Shown here one piece after another: positions 52,644-64,000 of a stretch of DNA of 64,000 nucleotides. Within the stretch, counting starts at the first letter, position 1, and each line of letters opens with the position of its first letter. This DNA is from Camelus dromedarius (Eukaryota): the NCBI RefSeq assembly GCF_036321535.1, contig NC_087437.1:118298001-118362000 (forward strand), read 5' to 3'. The position numbers were made by a program, and so were the translations under genes. The notes beneath the pieces are model-generated. The model had not been told where the DNA came from. It made no database searches and worked only from the letters and a program-made list of their open reading frames with translations.

Positions 52644-54038
52644 ATGTCTGCATAGACATTACCTATTGATGGGTGGTTTGCATGGTGTGGGTACCTGGGA
52701 CTCCCAGGAAAGTGGCAGCAGTTCTTGAATCCTCCTGGTCACTGGGCACCCGTTTGATGGTGTTTGACCTGAGGAGGGTGAACTGGGAGGAACTGGGAAC
52801 AAGGACACTCATTCTTTATTGGACACTCACACCTATTGAACTGGGGTCTCCTGCCTTTTCCCCTCTTGGTCTCGGACTCCTCTCTGAGCCCTTCCTCCCC
52901 TGGGAGAGAATCAGGGCTGATGACTACTCCTGTTAAATCTGAAATTTCCAAGTCACTTCTTATTGCTAACACATAATAGGAGGGGTACTGGTTTTAAATT
53001 TTAAGCTACTCATAGTACCTATATTACTTTTTAAAAATAATAAAAATAATAGAATACTTAAGGGACAAGAGTGTCATAAGCCAGGAATAAGGACTAAATA
53101 TCTGAGAAAAAAGAATCACCAATCTAACTAACCCATCCCAGCCACCAAGCTCACGTGCAAGGTTAGAATAAACTTTCGATATCACAAGGGTTACCTTCCA
53201 CGCATCCTTTCCTGGTTCCCTTTCACACTTTCTAGTAGATTTCAGCTACATTTTCTCAGTTAAAAAAGAAAAAGTTGACAGTATATTTCTTTCGCAGGTC
53301 AAGGCAAATTGCATGACTTTTTGTGTGTGATCACTTTAGTCCTTAGTAAAGCTTTTCTTAGAGAAAAAAAAAAAAGTTTTGTCCTTTTTTCTTCTCCTAG
53401 CTCATTGTATTACAGTTTGCATTCATATATTTGTGAAATTCTAGAATAGGCATTATTGTCCCTAAAATGCCCTTGATAATCTTGGAAGGCAGTTTTAAAG
53501 TCATGTCTTGTCCTCCTCAAGTGTCACATTCCACCTGCCTTTCCTCTCAGATCCACTGGGATCAGATTTTAGGCATTTTGGTTGACTTCTCTCCAAGCCC
53601 TTCCTCAACCTTTTGGGCTGTTAGTCCTGGTGTTAGAAAGGCTGACACGTCGGTGCTGTGGACTCACATCACTGGAGACGCCTGTGAGCAGAAACCAGTC
53701 CCTCTGCAGGCTCAGGTGCAGACGGTGGTCCGGTGCCCTCCGGACCCCTTTCTCTTATGCTTGGCGTTTTCTCATGTTGCATCTACAACATCAGTATCAT
53801 CAACTGACAAAATGAAAATTTAATGGAAGTGGGTGCCCGACAATGTTACCTTAGTGCAATCAAATAATCTTGTTGTACACAGTAACAACATAGGGTTTTG
53901 TTTCACTGTTGGTAAAAATTAATATTTTGAACTCAGGCTTTTTTCTGTTTTTTTTTTTTCCCAAATAGGTCTATAACACTCTGTCCATTTCTTTTTAAGA
54001 TCTTATTCAAGGTGCAAAGCACTTTATACATAACAGCT

Positions 54039-54559
54039 TTTTAATTTATTTTTATTGAAGTATAGTTGATTTACAATGTGTTAGTTTCAAGTGTACAACA
54101 AAGTGATTCAGTTATACATATACATATGTACATACTTTTTCAGATTCTCTTCCACTATAGGTTACTACAAGATATTGACTATAGTTCCCTGTGCTATACA
54201 GTAGGTCCTTGTTGTTTACCTATTTTATACACAGTAGTGTGTAAATGCTAATCCCAAACTCCTAATTTATCCCCCCAACCCCTTTATACTTTGGTAACCA
54301 TAGTTTATTTTGTCTGTGAACCTATTTCTGGTTTGTAAATAAGTTCAGTTGTATCATTTTTTTAGATTCTATATATAAGTGATTATCATATGATATTTGT
54401 CTTCCTCTTTCTGAATTACTTCATTTAGTATAATAATTTCTAGGTCCATCCATGTTGCTGCAAATGACATTATTTTATTTATTTTTATGGCTGAATAGTA
54501 TAAAGAAGATGAAATCCTACTATATGCAATGAAATACTACTCAGCCATAAAAAAGAAAT
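54039..54559 (-). mobile_element. Artiodactyl-type L1 3' end with 5' inversion
   Basis: Antisense L1 at 54039-54501, then sense L1 at 54502-54559; TSD ataacagct at 54030-54038 and 54560-54568. Confidence 0.82.
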
Positions 54560-54789
54560 ATAACAGCTCTTTGAAAGCCATATTACTCAAAGCTAGGCTT
54601 TGGAGCTCTTCAGGCTCAGCACGGTCATTGGAGGCGGGGGGTCTGGAGCTTGCTGAAGGTCTGGCACAGTTAGCTCAAAGTCTGGCTGGAGCCCACTCCT
54701 CCTGGTTTTCTGCCCAGGTCCCCGTCCAGCCCAGTCCTCTTGTTACCTGACGTGACCAGCACACACCCCGGTGCTGCTCGGGGAGCAGG

Positions 54790-55010
54790 AGCCCAGGCGC
54801 GGGGTCAGGAGAGTGCAGTTTGAATCCCATTTCCAGCCCTCACTGGCCATGGACCTTGGCATGTGACTTAGCTTTTCTGTGTCTCAGTTTCCTCATCTAA
54901 AGAAGGATGCACCTACCCCAACAAGGTGCACTTAGTAGAGCATGAGATACAGATATGCACGTTGAATGGCGCTTGGCTCAGTAAACATCAGCCGTGATTA
55001 CCATTACCAT
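54790..55010 (+). mobile_element. MIR SINE
   Basis: gtttgaatcccatttcc...gaccttggcatgtgactta...tctcagtttcctcatct. Confidence 0.75.
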
Positions 55011-55090
55011 TATTCACCCAAGCTGGACATTGTGTCCCAGAAAACTATTTTCTGAGCACAACCAATTAATGAAAGGTCCACATACATTTA

Positions 55091-55247
55091 AAACTAATTT
55101 ATTTTATTTTATTGGGGTGTGGGAGAGGTAATTTGGTTTATTTACTTATTTATCTACATATTTACTTTTAACAGAGGCACTGGGGACTGAACCCAGCATC
55201 TCAAACAGGCTAAGCACGCGCTCTACCACTGAGCTATACCCTCCCCT
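55091..55247 (-). mobile_element. vic-1-type SINE with TSD
   Basis: ctggggactgaaccca...ctctaccactgagctataccctcccc; TSD ggtcc(a/g)catac(a/c)ttta at 55075-55090 and 55248-55263. Confidence 0.9.
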
Positions 55248-55314
55248 GGTCCGCATACCTTTACTTACTGCTGCCCATACTCTGACCAGTCAGCACCACA
55301 CATAGATCAAGAAC

Positions 55315-55475
55315 TGTGAAGGGGCTGAGACTTGACCCCAATTACAAGCTAACAAGTTAGCCTATTACTGTTCCATGGATGCTGGCGGAAAACACAAGGC
55401 CCAGGACACGTGGGGTCCAGGGCGAGCTCCTCTCTCAACAATGAAGAGCGACATCAGAGCCACAGGACACCTGGC
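55315..55475. mobile_element. ERVL-type LTR fragment (MER73/74-like)
   Basis: tgtgaaggggctgagacttgaccccaattacaagctaacaagttagcct...catggatgctggc. Confidence 0.5.
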
Positions 55476-55629
55476 TTTTAAAAGCATGAGATAAATAAGA
55501 TACTGTGGCTAATGGAAATAGTTTGTTTTAAATCAGGAATAAATACTGCTGGACATTTGGAAATTTTATAAAGCTTGGAACTTTAAGATTTGACCGTCAC
55601 ATTTGTCGTGGCGTCTGCCAGGCATATCC

Positions 55630-55990
55630 ACAGAGACCACCTTTTCTCAGCCTCACAGTGAGCATGTGTGGAAATACTTCTCATGCCCCTAGAGAGGTTA
55701 AGGACTTGCCCAAGGTCACACAGCTAAGCACTGGGGGATTTGGATTTGAAGTCAGTCTTCAACTTTCCACCAAAGGTCTTGAGACAGCAGAGCAAAGTGG
55801 CTAAGATGAGGTCTGGAGACTCAGATTAAGCTCTTTCAAGGTCTGTCTCCTCCACTGATCAGCTGACCCTTAGAAATCCCTTAACCAATTTGTGCCTGAG
55901 TTTTCTCATCTGTAAAATGGGAGTAAAAATACCTTCCACACAAGACTGAAGGGACAATTAAACGAGGTATTTGTAAAGAGTTTCTATCAT
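55630..55990. mobile_element. Two MIR SINEs in opposite orientation
   Basis: agagaggttaaggacttgcccaaggtcacacagct (minus) followed by ttttctcatctgtaaaatgggag (plus). Confidence 0.75.
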
Positions 55991-56224
55991 AAGGAGCACT
56001 AAATAGGTATTATTTCCTGCCTGGACTAAGTTTTTCAATTATTAGTCAGATCCCGATTACCCACACGTGAGTCGCGCATCCGCTTCTCCTGGGAGTCACT
56101 TCTTATGCTTCATATCAACCCAGACTACAGCACATACTCTACGCTTCTCAGCTTGGGGGAAGCTCAGGAATAATTCAAGGCATAAACCGAGATGGTGAAG
56201 ACATGGGAGGGTGACGGTCTGGTG

Positions 56225-56511
56225 CCGGGGTCAGCAACCTTTGTCTGAAAGGACTGGATGGTAAATATTTTAGGTTCTTATGGACCATATAATCATAGTC
56301 TCAACCACCCACCTCTGCCTTAGTACCCCAAAGCAATCACAGATGAGACGGACATGAACAGGCCTAACTGTGTTCCCCCAAAATTTTTATTGACGGACAC
56401 AAATGTAAATTTCACACAATTTTCACGTGCCACAAATACTCCTGCTTTTTTTCAATCACTTAAAGATGTTAAAACTGTTTTGTGTCTGGGCTGTGGTTTG
56501 CCTACCCCTAG
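56225..56511. mobile_element. MER58B-like hAT MITE
   Basis: ggggtcagcaacc...gtaaatattttaggt...aattttcacgtgccacaaata...ggtttgcctacccct terminal inverted repeats. Confidence 0.8.
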
Positions 56512-56670
56512 ACTAATTAATGTATGAACTGCAAAATTAATGCTATCAAAGGAGTTGAGGATGACTTGGTCAGGAGAGGTTTTAAAAAGAGTTATTGAAG
56601 GTCAAGGACTTGAGTGAATCCAGAAAGAGCTGGGGGTGGTGGGAGAACAGGGCAGCAGTGTCTGGACACG

Positions 56671-56911
56671 TTCAAGATTTGGGAGTTTGAGATTTACAAA
56701 TGTTAGCACTATATGTAGAAATAGATTTAAAAAAAAGTTTTTTCTGTAGAACACAGGGAACTATGTTCAATATCTTGTAATAACCTTTGATGAAAAAGAA
56801 TATGAAAACGAATGTATGTATGTATATGCGTGAATGGGACATTGTGCTGTACACCAGAAACTGACACATTGTAACTGACTGTACTTCAATAAAAAAAAAA
56901 AATTTAAAAAA
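56671..56911 (+). mobile_element. Camelid-type L1 3' end with A tail
   Basis: gcacagggaactat-type 3'UTR...tgctgtacaccagaaactgacacattgtaactgactgtacttcaataaaaaaaaa. Confidence 0.85.
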
Positions 56912-57012
56912 GAGTTTGCTTAGATGAGACAATAGATGTGAAAAGATTTAGCACAAGGCCCTTCATTGATGCAGATTTTAAAACAGTTATTATCCTATAT
57001 GAGTGAGCACTG

Positions 57013-57230
57013 TTTTTATTGAAGTATAGTTGATTTACCATGTTGTGTTAATTTGTGATGTACAGCATAGTGATTCAGTTATACATACATATATACACAC
57101 ATACATACATATATATTCCTTTTCATTTTATTTTCATTATAAGCTATTACTACAAGGCATTGAATGTATTTCCCTGTGCTATACAGTAGGACCTTGTTGT
57201 TTATCTATTTTATATATAGTAGTTAGTGTC
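57013..57230 (-). mobile_element. Artiodactyl-type L1 3' end
   Basis: tttttattgaagtatagttgatttac...ttccctgtgctatacagtaggacc. Confidence 0.8.
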
Positions 57231-58379
57231 TGCAAGAGACTGCACTACAGTGGCACACATCCAAACCATTCAAATACAATTCAGTCTTTATGATTCCAAG
57301 GATATTTTTAGCATGGGACAGAATTTCATTAACATGACCTCAGAGATGCAAGATCGTATTCCTGTGTCCACTCCCCACTCCAGATGCTTTCCCAACAATT
57401 CAGCGGTACCTGGGATTTCTTAATTGATATTCCATTCCTGGGACTTGAATTTCTGCTTGCAAGTAGATCTCAGTTATGCCTGGAAGGAGTTACTCATCAC
57501 ACCTCCTTAAGCATATGCACTTATTGATATAAAAGCAGAACTATGTTGGAAAAGGAAAAGGGGCTTAAGTTCTGAGTTAAGGGAAAAAAAAGGCAAACAC
57601 CATCCTGGGAGAAGGATCCAGAAACTCAGGTCAAACTGAACCAGCTTCCCCTATTTATTCAACTTCATGGTCCTTATTCCGAACATCAATTTTCAGAGTG
57701 AAAAAACAAACAAACAAAAACCTGGCAGAGTTCTTATTTAAAGGAAGTTGGGTAGTAAGTTGTTACGTTTAAAACACCAGTGCTTTTATAAAGCCAAGGT
57801 TGAAGATTTTGTTGTATCGTAACAGAAATTTAAAATCCTATCTAAGTTATTTGAAGGAATGAATTCATTATTAATGATTTTCATGCCTAAAATATTTAGT
57901 TAAAAGTTTTCATATTTAGGCATAGTAAGATTATCTACTTTAATTTTAAATGACTTAACAAGACAATTTAGGAGTCTGAATGATCTAACATAACATCAAA
58001 GATTTTTACCCTGCCCCTATCTATAGTGACTATGAAAATTATCTTGTAACTCACCATTGCCAAGTAATTACAGTCTTAAATATGTCCTGAAAATAGTGTG
58101 CTTTAGCGTTTTACTGTCTCGATTATGACTCCAGAATTATCACTCTGCCCCTTCCTCATGATCCCGTTCATTTCAGGTCACCAGCCCACTCCATCTCTAA
58201 GAGGTCTGCCTCTGTAAAGAAGGAGAAAAGAGTTGTGTGAAGAACTGAAAACAGCTTCTATTTGATTCAGAAGCAAAGTGCACTAAAACCCATAAGCTAC
58301 AAAACAACCGTTTTATCACAGAGCACATGCTGAGTGTGGAGTTCGCCTGATCCTACTGTTTCATCCCTTGTTCTCTTTT

Positions 58380-58890
58380 GTTTTTTTTAATTTATAATTT
58401 TTTTATTGAAGCATAGTCAGTTTACATTGTTGTGTCAATTTCTGGTGTACAGCAGAAATGCTTCAGTCATACATGAATATACGTATATTCGTTTTCATAT
58501 TCTTTTTCACCATAAGCTACTAGAAGATATTGAATATAGTTCTCTGTGCTATACAGATATACTTGTTTACCTATTTTATGTATACCAGTCAGTATCTGCA
58601 AATCTTGAACTCCCAATTTATCCCTTCCCACCACCCCACCACCCCGGTAACCATAAGTTTGTTTCTATGTCTGTGAGTCTGTTTCTGTTCTGTAAATAAG
58701 TTTGTTTGGCTTTTTTTTTTTTTTTTTTTTTTTTTTTAGATTTCACATATGAGTGATATCATATGGTATTTTTCTTTCTCTTTCTGGCTCAGTTCACTTA
58801 GAATGACGATCTCCGGATCCATCCATGTTGCTGCAAATGGCATTATTTTATTCTTTTTTATGGCTGAGTAGTATTCCATTGTATAAATAT
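58380..58890 (-). mobile_element. Camelid-type L1 3' end
   Basis: ttattgaagcatagtcagtttaca...tccatccatgttgctgcaaatggcattattttattctttttatggctgagtagtattcc. Confidence 0.85.
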
Positions 58891-59596
58891 ACCTTTCTAA
58901 CAAATCTTTATGTTTTACCTTGGAAAATAATTTCTAAGCTGCCATTTCTTCTTGGAGTTTTATGTCAAAGGGTAAAGAAAATTGAATCAGTCTCCAACTT
59001 CCCCTAGCAGAACTTGCCAGAGCTCTCCAGGGCTCAGGCCAGGAGGGACCACACATCCCTGGCTCATGTGTGACTAGTGTTTTATGACCACACCTGGATG
59101 CTGTAGGTTAGAGGCATGGAGGACACTATTTTGATATTGCCTTGAAACTTTGTTAACAGCCTAGAGCGCAAAATTATAAATCACTGGTATACTTTGACTT
59201 AGATAATTTGTTAAATTTTACCCTCAGAAAGTTTTGTCCAAGACATGAGCCTTTATTTTATCTTTTTAGCAGGAAGATGGAATCAAATATACAGACTAGA
59301 TAAAAAAGGAACTTAGTAAGTTATCTTTAAGCTAATATTCAGTTTTCCATTCTACTATTCTATACTATTTCCCCCATATTTCATTTTGAAAAATTCCCAA
59401 TCCATGCAGTTTTATTATGGCCTATTGTGTTCTCTCATAAATCTATTTGTAGACTTTTTCGAACTTTTTCATGGTAGCTGTGCTTAGGGTCTGTAGGCAT
59501 GTTTCACAGGACAAAACCATATGACTTCCAGAATTAACGTAATTTGATTGTAAGAGAAGAGTAACTACTCCGGGAGGAAGGAGGACTTACAACATA

Positions 59597-59621
59597 GTGA
59601 TGGTGGTGGTGGTGGTGGTGG
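59597..59621. repeat. (TGG)n microsatellite
   Basis: gtgatggtggtggtggtggtggtgg. Confidence 0.85.
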
Positions 59622-60439
59622 CAGATGTGGAAGTAATGAAAACAACAAAAATAATAATAATACGTGGTGTGAACTTGAAGGGCAAATAGATCTGCAGATG
59701 GGTTGAATCCTGGAGACAGTGAAAGTGAACCAGGGCACTGCAGGCATGGACACCCAGGAGTTAGGGGCAAACATTTCAGCTGAATCAGAACCAAATTACC
59801 GCAGCTGCTGGGTTTGGCTCTGAGATGGTGCTAGGGCTGGTCAACCTTCAGATGTTGCAAAGCTAAGGATATGTTTTCACTCCCAGCAACTGCAAGAACT
59901 TGACTGACTACAGTCTCCTTTCCCAGATTCCAAGCATCAGCACGCCAGATGCAGGGATTCTGACTTAGGCCACCGTCCTGGGTGGAGCTGAGTCTGGAGT
60001 CACTGTCATTCCACTGTTGTCATTCTCACCATCTCTGTTCTTAACTAACTGATCACTGATCCTCAGGGGATTATTGAGTTCCCAGTTCTGTCCCTTCAGC
60101 CTGGTCCCTTCTCATGCCAAGTAATAAAATACCACTTTTAATGCCCTTCTGAATAAACCAACATCAGATTCAAGGATTAAGAGTATCTTAGACTTGGATT
60201 CTTTACCAAATATCACTCTGCTTCACTTGAATATTAATGCTTCATTCGCTACACACCAGTTTCTCATTAAGTGCTGATATAATTGCTTCCATAAGATTTT
60301 ATTACAATACCAGAGCCAAGTGTCCAACTTCCAGACAGGAACAAAGTCTCTAAGGAGAAATCAACAGCACATATAGTTTCAGGCAGCCTTTCCTCATCCA
60401 GCTTAACTGTATTACCCAATGGCGTGTGTTTCTTTGCCT

Positions 60440-60590
60440 AGTTTTGTTCTTGAGCTCTTTGACCTCCTATCAAATGAATCACTTAATGCTCTAAGCCTCA
60501 GTTTCCTCATCTGTAAAATGGGCATGGTGACCTCATTTAAGACACTTAGAGTGTTTTGAGAGGATTGAGGTTGATGATGTCCATGCGGCA
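60440..60590 (+). mobile_element. MIR SINE
   Basis: ctaagcctcagtttcctcatctgtaaaatggg core. Confidence 0.8.
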
Positions 60591-63149
60591 TGTCAGTTTA
60601 TGGAAGGGGCTGAACTTGGGGAAGATGTAGTCAGGAAGTAGTTTTATTTTACACCCACTATGATCTGCAAACCTGCTTTCAATTCTCTGTCTCAAAGTTA
60701 GATGATGTCTCAGAGAAATGCAGGTACTCAAGGGCCAGCTCCTCGCTCTTGGCCTCTGGGACGGTCAGTGCTGGGTAAACATCAGCCGCTATGATGGGTC
60801 CATTATGAGTCCCCATACAACTGATCACCCCAGGCATGGCCCACAGACGGGAGGCAGAGGGAACCTGGAACAGAGGGAACCAAGAAGATGAGTGCTCTGA
60901 CCTGTTCGTTTCTCACTTCAGCTGCTCTGGAGAGAAGTTCTGTTTCCAAAGGCAGGCAGACCCCTCACCCTTTGGTACCCAAATGGGGCACACGTGTGGC
61001 GGGCATGTTCACCATGCTGTTGAACCATTCCTGAGACTTCACTTGAAGTCACCTTAGATTAGCAAAAACACACCAGGGAACTTGAAGGTCGATCAGGGAA
61101 TTAACTTCAGGCAGAGCAGAACCAAGCTCCAAGCAGCTGTCATCACCAGCTGCGGGCTGAGCGGTGCGGCAGCAGCCGGCTTCCTGGGAGCCGGGACCTG
61201 CCTGTGGGGCGCTGACCCGCCCGGCTGCACTGATTTGTGCGCTGCAGGGAGTTGTTGAAGGATGCATATTCGAGTGCTGCAGTGAGTATATATTTGTCTG
61301 CACCTCTAAAAGGACAAATCCACATAAAAATTGAGAATACAAGGGAGGACAAACAATAAAACAAAGATTTTCACTTGCAGAAAAGCTGCTTTTTGCAGTT
61401 CAGGTCATCTAGGATACACCCTCAAAACTTTCTATCCCAGTGACATGCTACAGCTCACGTCTGAGCCCTAGAGCAGGTGTCATTTATGCCTGATCTCTAA
61501 CAATTCCTGTGTATTGTTACAGCGGCATCCCCTCCCCACTTCTACAACCAGAATAAAAATAAATGTTTTTATTTTTATACCTTATTATCCCATGAATAAA
61601 CTCTGTATGTAAAGTGCTCATGGCCGCCCCAGCCCCGAGGATGAGAAGCGCCCACAGCAGCAGAGGCCACTCCTTCCCCAGAATTACTACTTACAATTGA
61701 CAGATGCTTTATTAGCCACCGAACCCAGGCATGCGTGCTGCCTCGTGCTTCCCCTGCATTCAGGTTAGTGGTCATGCCATCTTTGATGGCAGTTCTGTTT
61801 CTCCCCTCCCTCCATTTCTCTAGTTTTTATGACACAACAGAAAGGAAGTAGATTCAATTTTTGAGATCCTGTTTGGATGCTCAAGAAAAGTAAGATAAAC
61901 ATGCAAAGTGAAGGAAAAATTAGATGTTTCTGTTGATATTGTATATAAATAAAAATAAATAAATAAAAATTAAATATATGTTTTATAGATACATATTTAT
62001 AAGTATTTTATATTTAAATATAAATTAAAGAGATATACATACATGGAAAGAGAGATGAGAGATGATTTTCTTTTAGGGACCTGTCTTGGTCCCGGGATTT
62101 CCATTCCACAGCGTAATTAAACTGCATGCAAAGTGCAGGAAACCAAGCAGAAGGCCAAGACCTGAGCAGAGAGGAAAGATCCAGACTCCAGCCTTTCAGT
62201 TCTGAGGGCCGGACCGAAGACAGACCTCACACCCAGGAGTGAAGACACCATGACGGTGTGCTTGTGACTTTCCGTGTTCACCTCGATGGGGAGACAGCCC
62301 GTTCCGCGTTCTCTCTGGGACACTGGAGGGTCGACCAGTGGTTTCATCTTTCAGCAAGTGTGCCTGGGGCCTTACTGGATCCTGGGCAGGAGAGGGAAAA
62401 CCAGAGACAGATTCCTGCCTTTAGAGCTGTTCCCTGGTCGGGGAGGAGACACAAATAAATAGACAAATGCAATTCAAGGCCCATTTGTGACGCAGCCCTC
62501 ATGGAAGGCTCCAGGCTGCTGTGTGAGTGTGTGACTGGGGGTCCTGGCCGGCTCAGACCGAGTGGGAAGCACGATGTTGGGAAGGGTGAGAAATACGACA
62601 TAACAGAGTGGTGGGGGCAAAGATAAGCCACTGACTCCGCCACCTGGCAGAAAGTACAATTCAAAAAATGTTAACTCTGGGCTGGCCCCAAATTCCCAGA
62701 CTGCCAGCAACTTTACCTGCCAGATCCCTGCCTCTGATAGACTGATCCATCCACACCACATCCGGGAATCACTGTGGTTCCTGGCCTGCCCCCATGAGTC
62801 CGGTTCCTCACATCAGATTGCCTGGGCAGTAGTTTCCTCTTGAATGATGACAATGAAGCTTTGGGGTTTTATGCAAATATGAGTTTTCCATGGTGCATTT
62901 ATCACAGAGATTGGAGACGGTGTTTTCAGGGAGTTCTTATGAGGACAGCAAAGCACGGACGCCTTTTGTCTCTTCTCCAACACTGAAGGCAGCAATGACC
63001 ACATGACAGGGGCTCACTTTGTAACCACCTGCCACGTAGCACAGCCTGGGGGACCAGGTAATGATGCTGACCAGCTAACCTTCTCGAGGAACTCTGCCCA
63101 GTGAAGAAGCCAATGCCCATTGAACATCTGCCACCAGGTGTTTAAAAAG

Positions 63150-63829
63150 TGCATTACCTGCTCCTTGGTGATTACTCAAAGGAGCTGAAAACTGTGTCTA
63201 CACAAAACCTGCACACGTATGTTTACAACAGCTTAACTGGTAATCCCCAGGACTTGGAGGTAACCAGCTGTACTTCAGTGGGTGAATGGATAAATAAACT
63301 GTGGTCCACCCAGACCATGGACTATTACTCAGCACTAAAAAGAAATGAGCTATTAAGCTATGAAAGACATGGAGTAAATTTAAATGCATACGAATAAGTG
63401 AAAGAAGCCAATCTGAAAAGGCTGTATACGATATGATCCCAACCATATGAAATTCTAGAAAAGAAAAAACTAAGGCGACAATAAAAACATCAGTGGTTGC
63501 CAGGGTTTAGTGGGGAAGGGAGCGATGACTAGGTAGAACGCAGAAGCCTTCTGGGGCAGTGAAAATACTCTGTATGACACATAATGGTGGATGCGTGCCA
63601 CCATGCACTTGTCAAAACCCACAGAACGGACAACACCAAGAGTGAACCCCAATGTGAACTATGGACCTCGGGTGACTATGACGTATCAGTGTCGGTTCAC
63701 CGATTACAGCAAATCTACCACAGTGATAGGGGATGCTGATAACGGGGCTGTGTCTGTGGGGGAAAAGAGGGTATATGGGAACTCTACTTTTCATTCAATT
63801 TTGCTGTGAACCTAAAACTGCTCTTAAAA
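63150..63829 (+). mobile_element. L1MC1/2-type 3' fragment
   Basis: aaaagaaatgagctattaagctatgaaagacatgg...gtcaaaacccacagaa...caccaagagtgaaccc...gctgtgaacctaaaactgctc. Confidence 0.85.
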
Positions 63830-64000
63830 GGGGCGGGAAAAGTATTGGCTGTGTTGAAGAAGGCTCTGGGTGGTTGGGCCTAACTCTCTCAGAGAACGAA
63901 TCAAACCACTAAAGAATTGTGAGACCTTGCTTTTGAAAAGTCTCAAACCTGATCTAAATTTTCAGGGATAAACCAAACTAAACACAGTTAATCCAGAAAT

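Noticed and set aside
59534..59794. Poly-His/poly-Pro ORFs
   Set aside because: Translation of the (TGG)n and (TAA)n microsatellites.
7909..61300. Naming a host gene for the minus-strand exon-like elements
   Set aside because: No peptide or UTR that I can reliably recognise; needs a database search.

Overview
Mammalian genomic DNA, most likely camelid, based on four tRNA-derived vic-1-type SINEs and artiodactyl-type L1 3' ends. The only coding sequence I recognise is the first coding exon of DSCAM on the minus strand (ATG at 18328, MWILALSLFQSFAN, phase-1 GTGAG donor at 18285). It has a CpG-island promoter/5'UTR and a second, intronic CpG island at about 13.4-14.1 kb. The rest is intron/intergenic sequence rich in L2, MIR, L1 (including a nested ~9 kb L1 complex), HAL1, LTRs and hAT MITEs. 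The most striking feature is a second, near-identical copy of the DSCAM promoter/5'UTR block (552 bp) 30.7 kb upstream at 49078-49630. Its first 498 bp are identical, it stops about 30 nt short of the DSCAM ATG, and it is bracketed by a short inverted repeat inside an independently CpG-rich region. Weaker evidence suggests the whole ~6.5 kb DSCAM 5' segment may itself be an insertion into another locus that has its own minus-strand exon-like elements. Repeat family names come from by-eye resemblance to remembered consensus sequences, and their boundaries are approximate.
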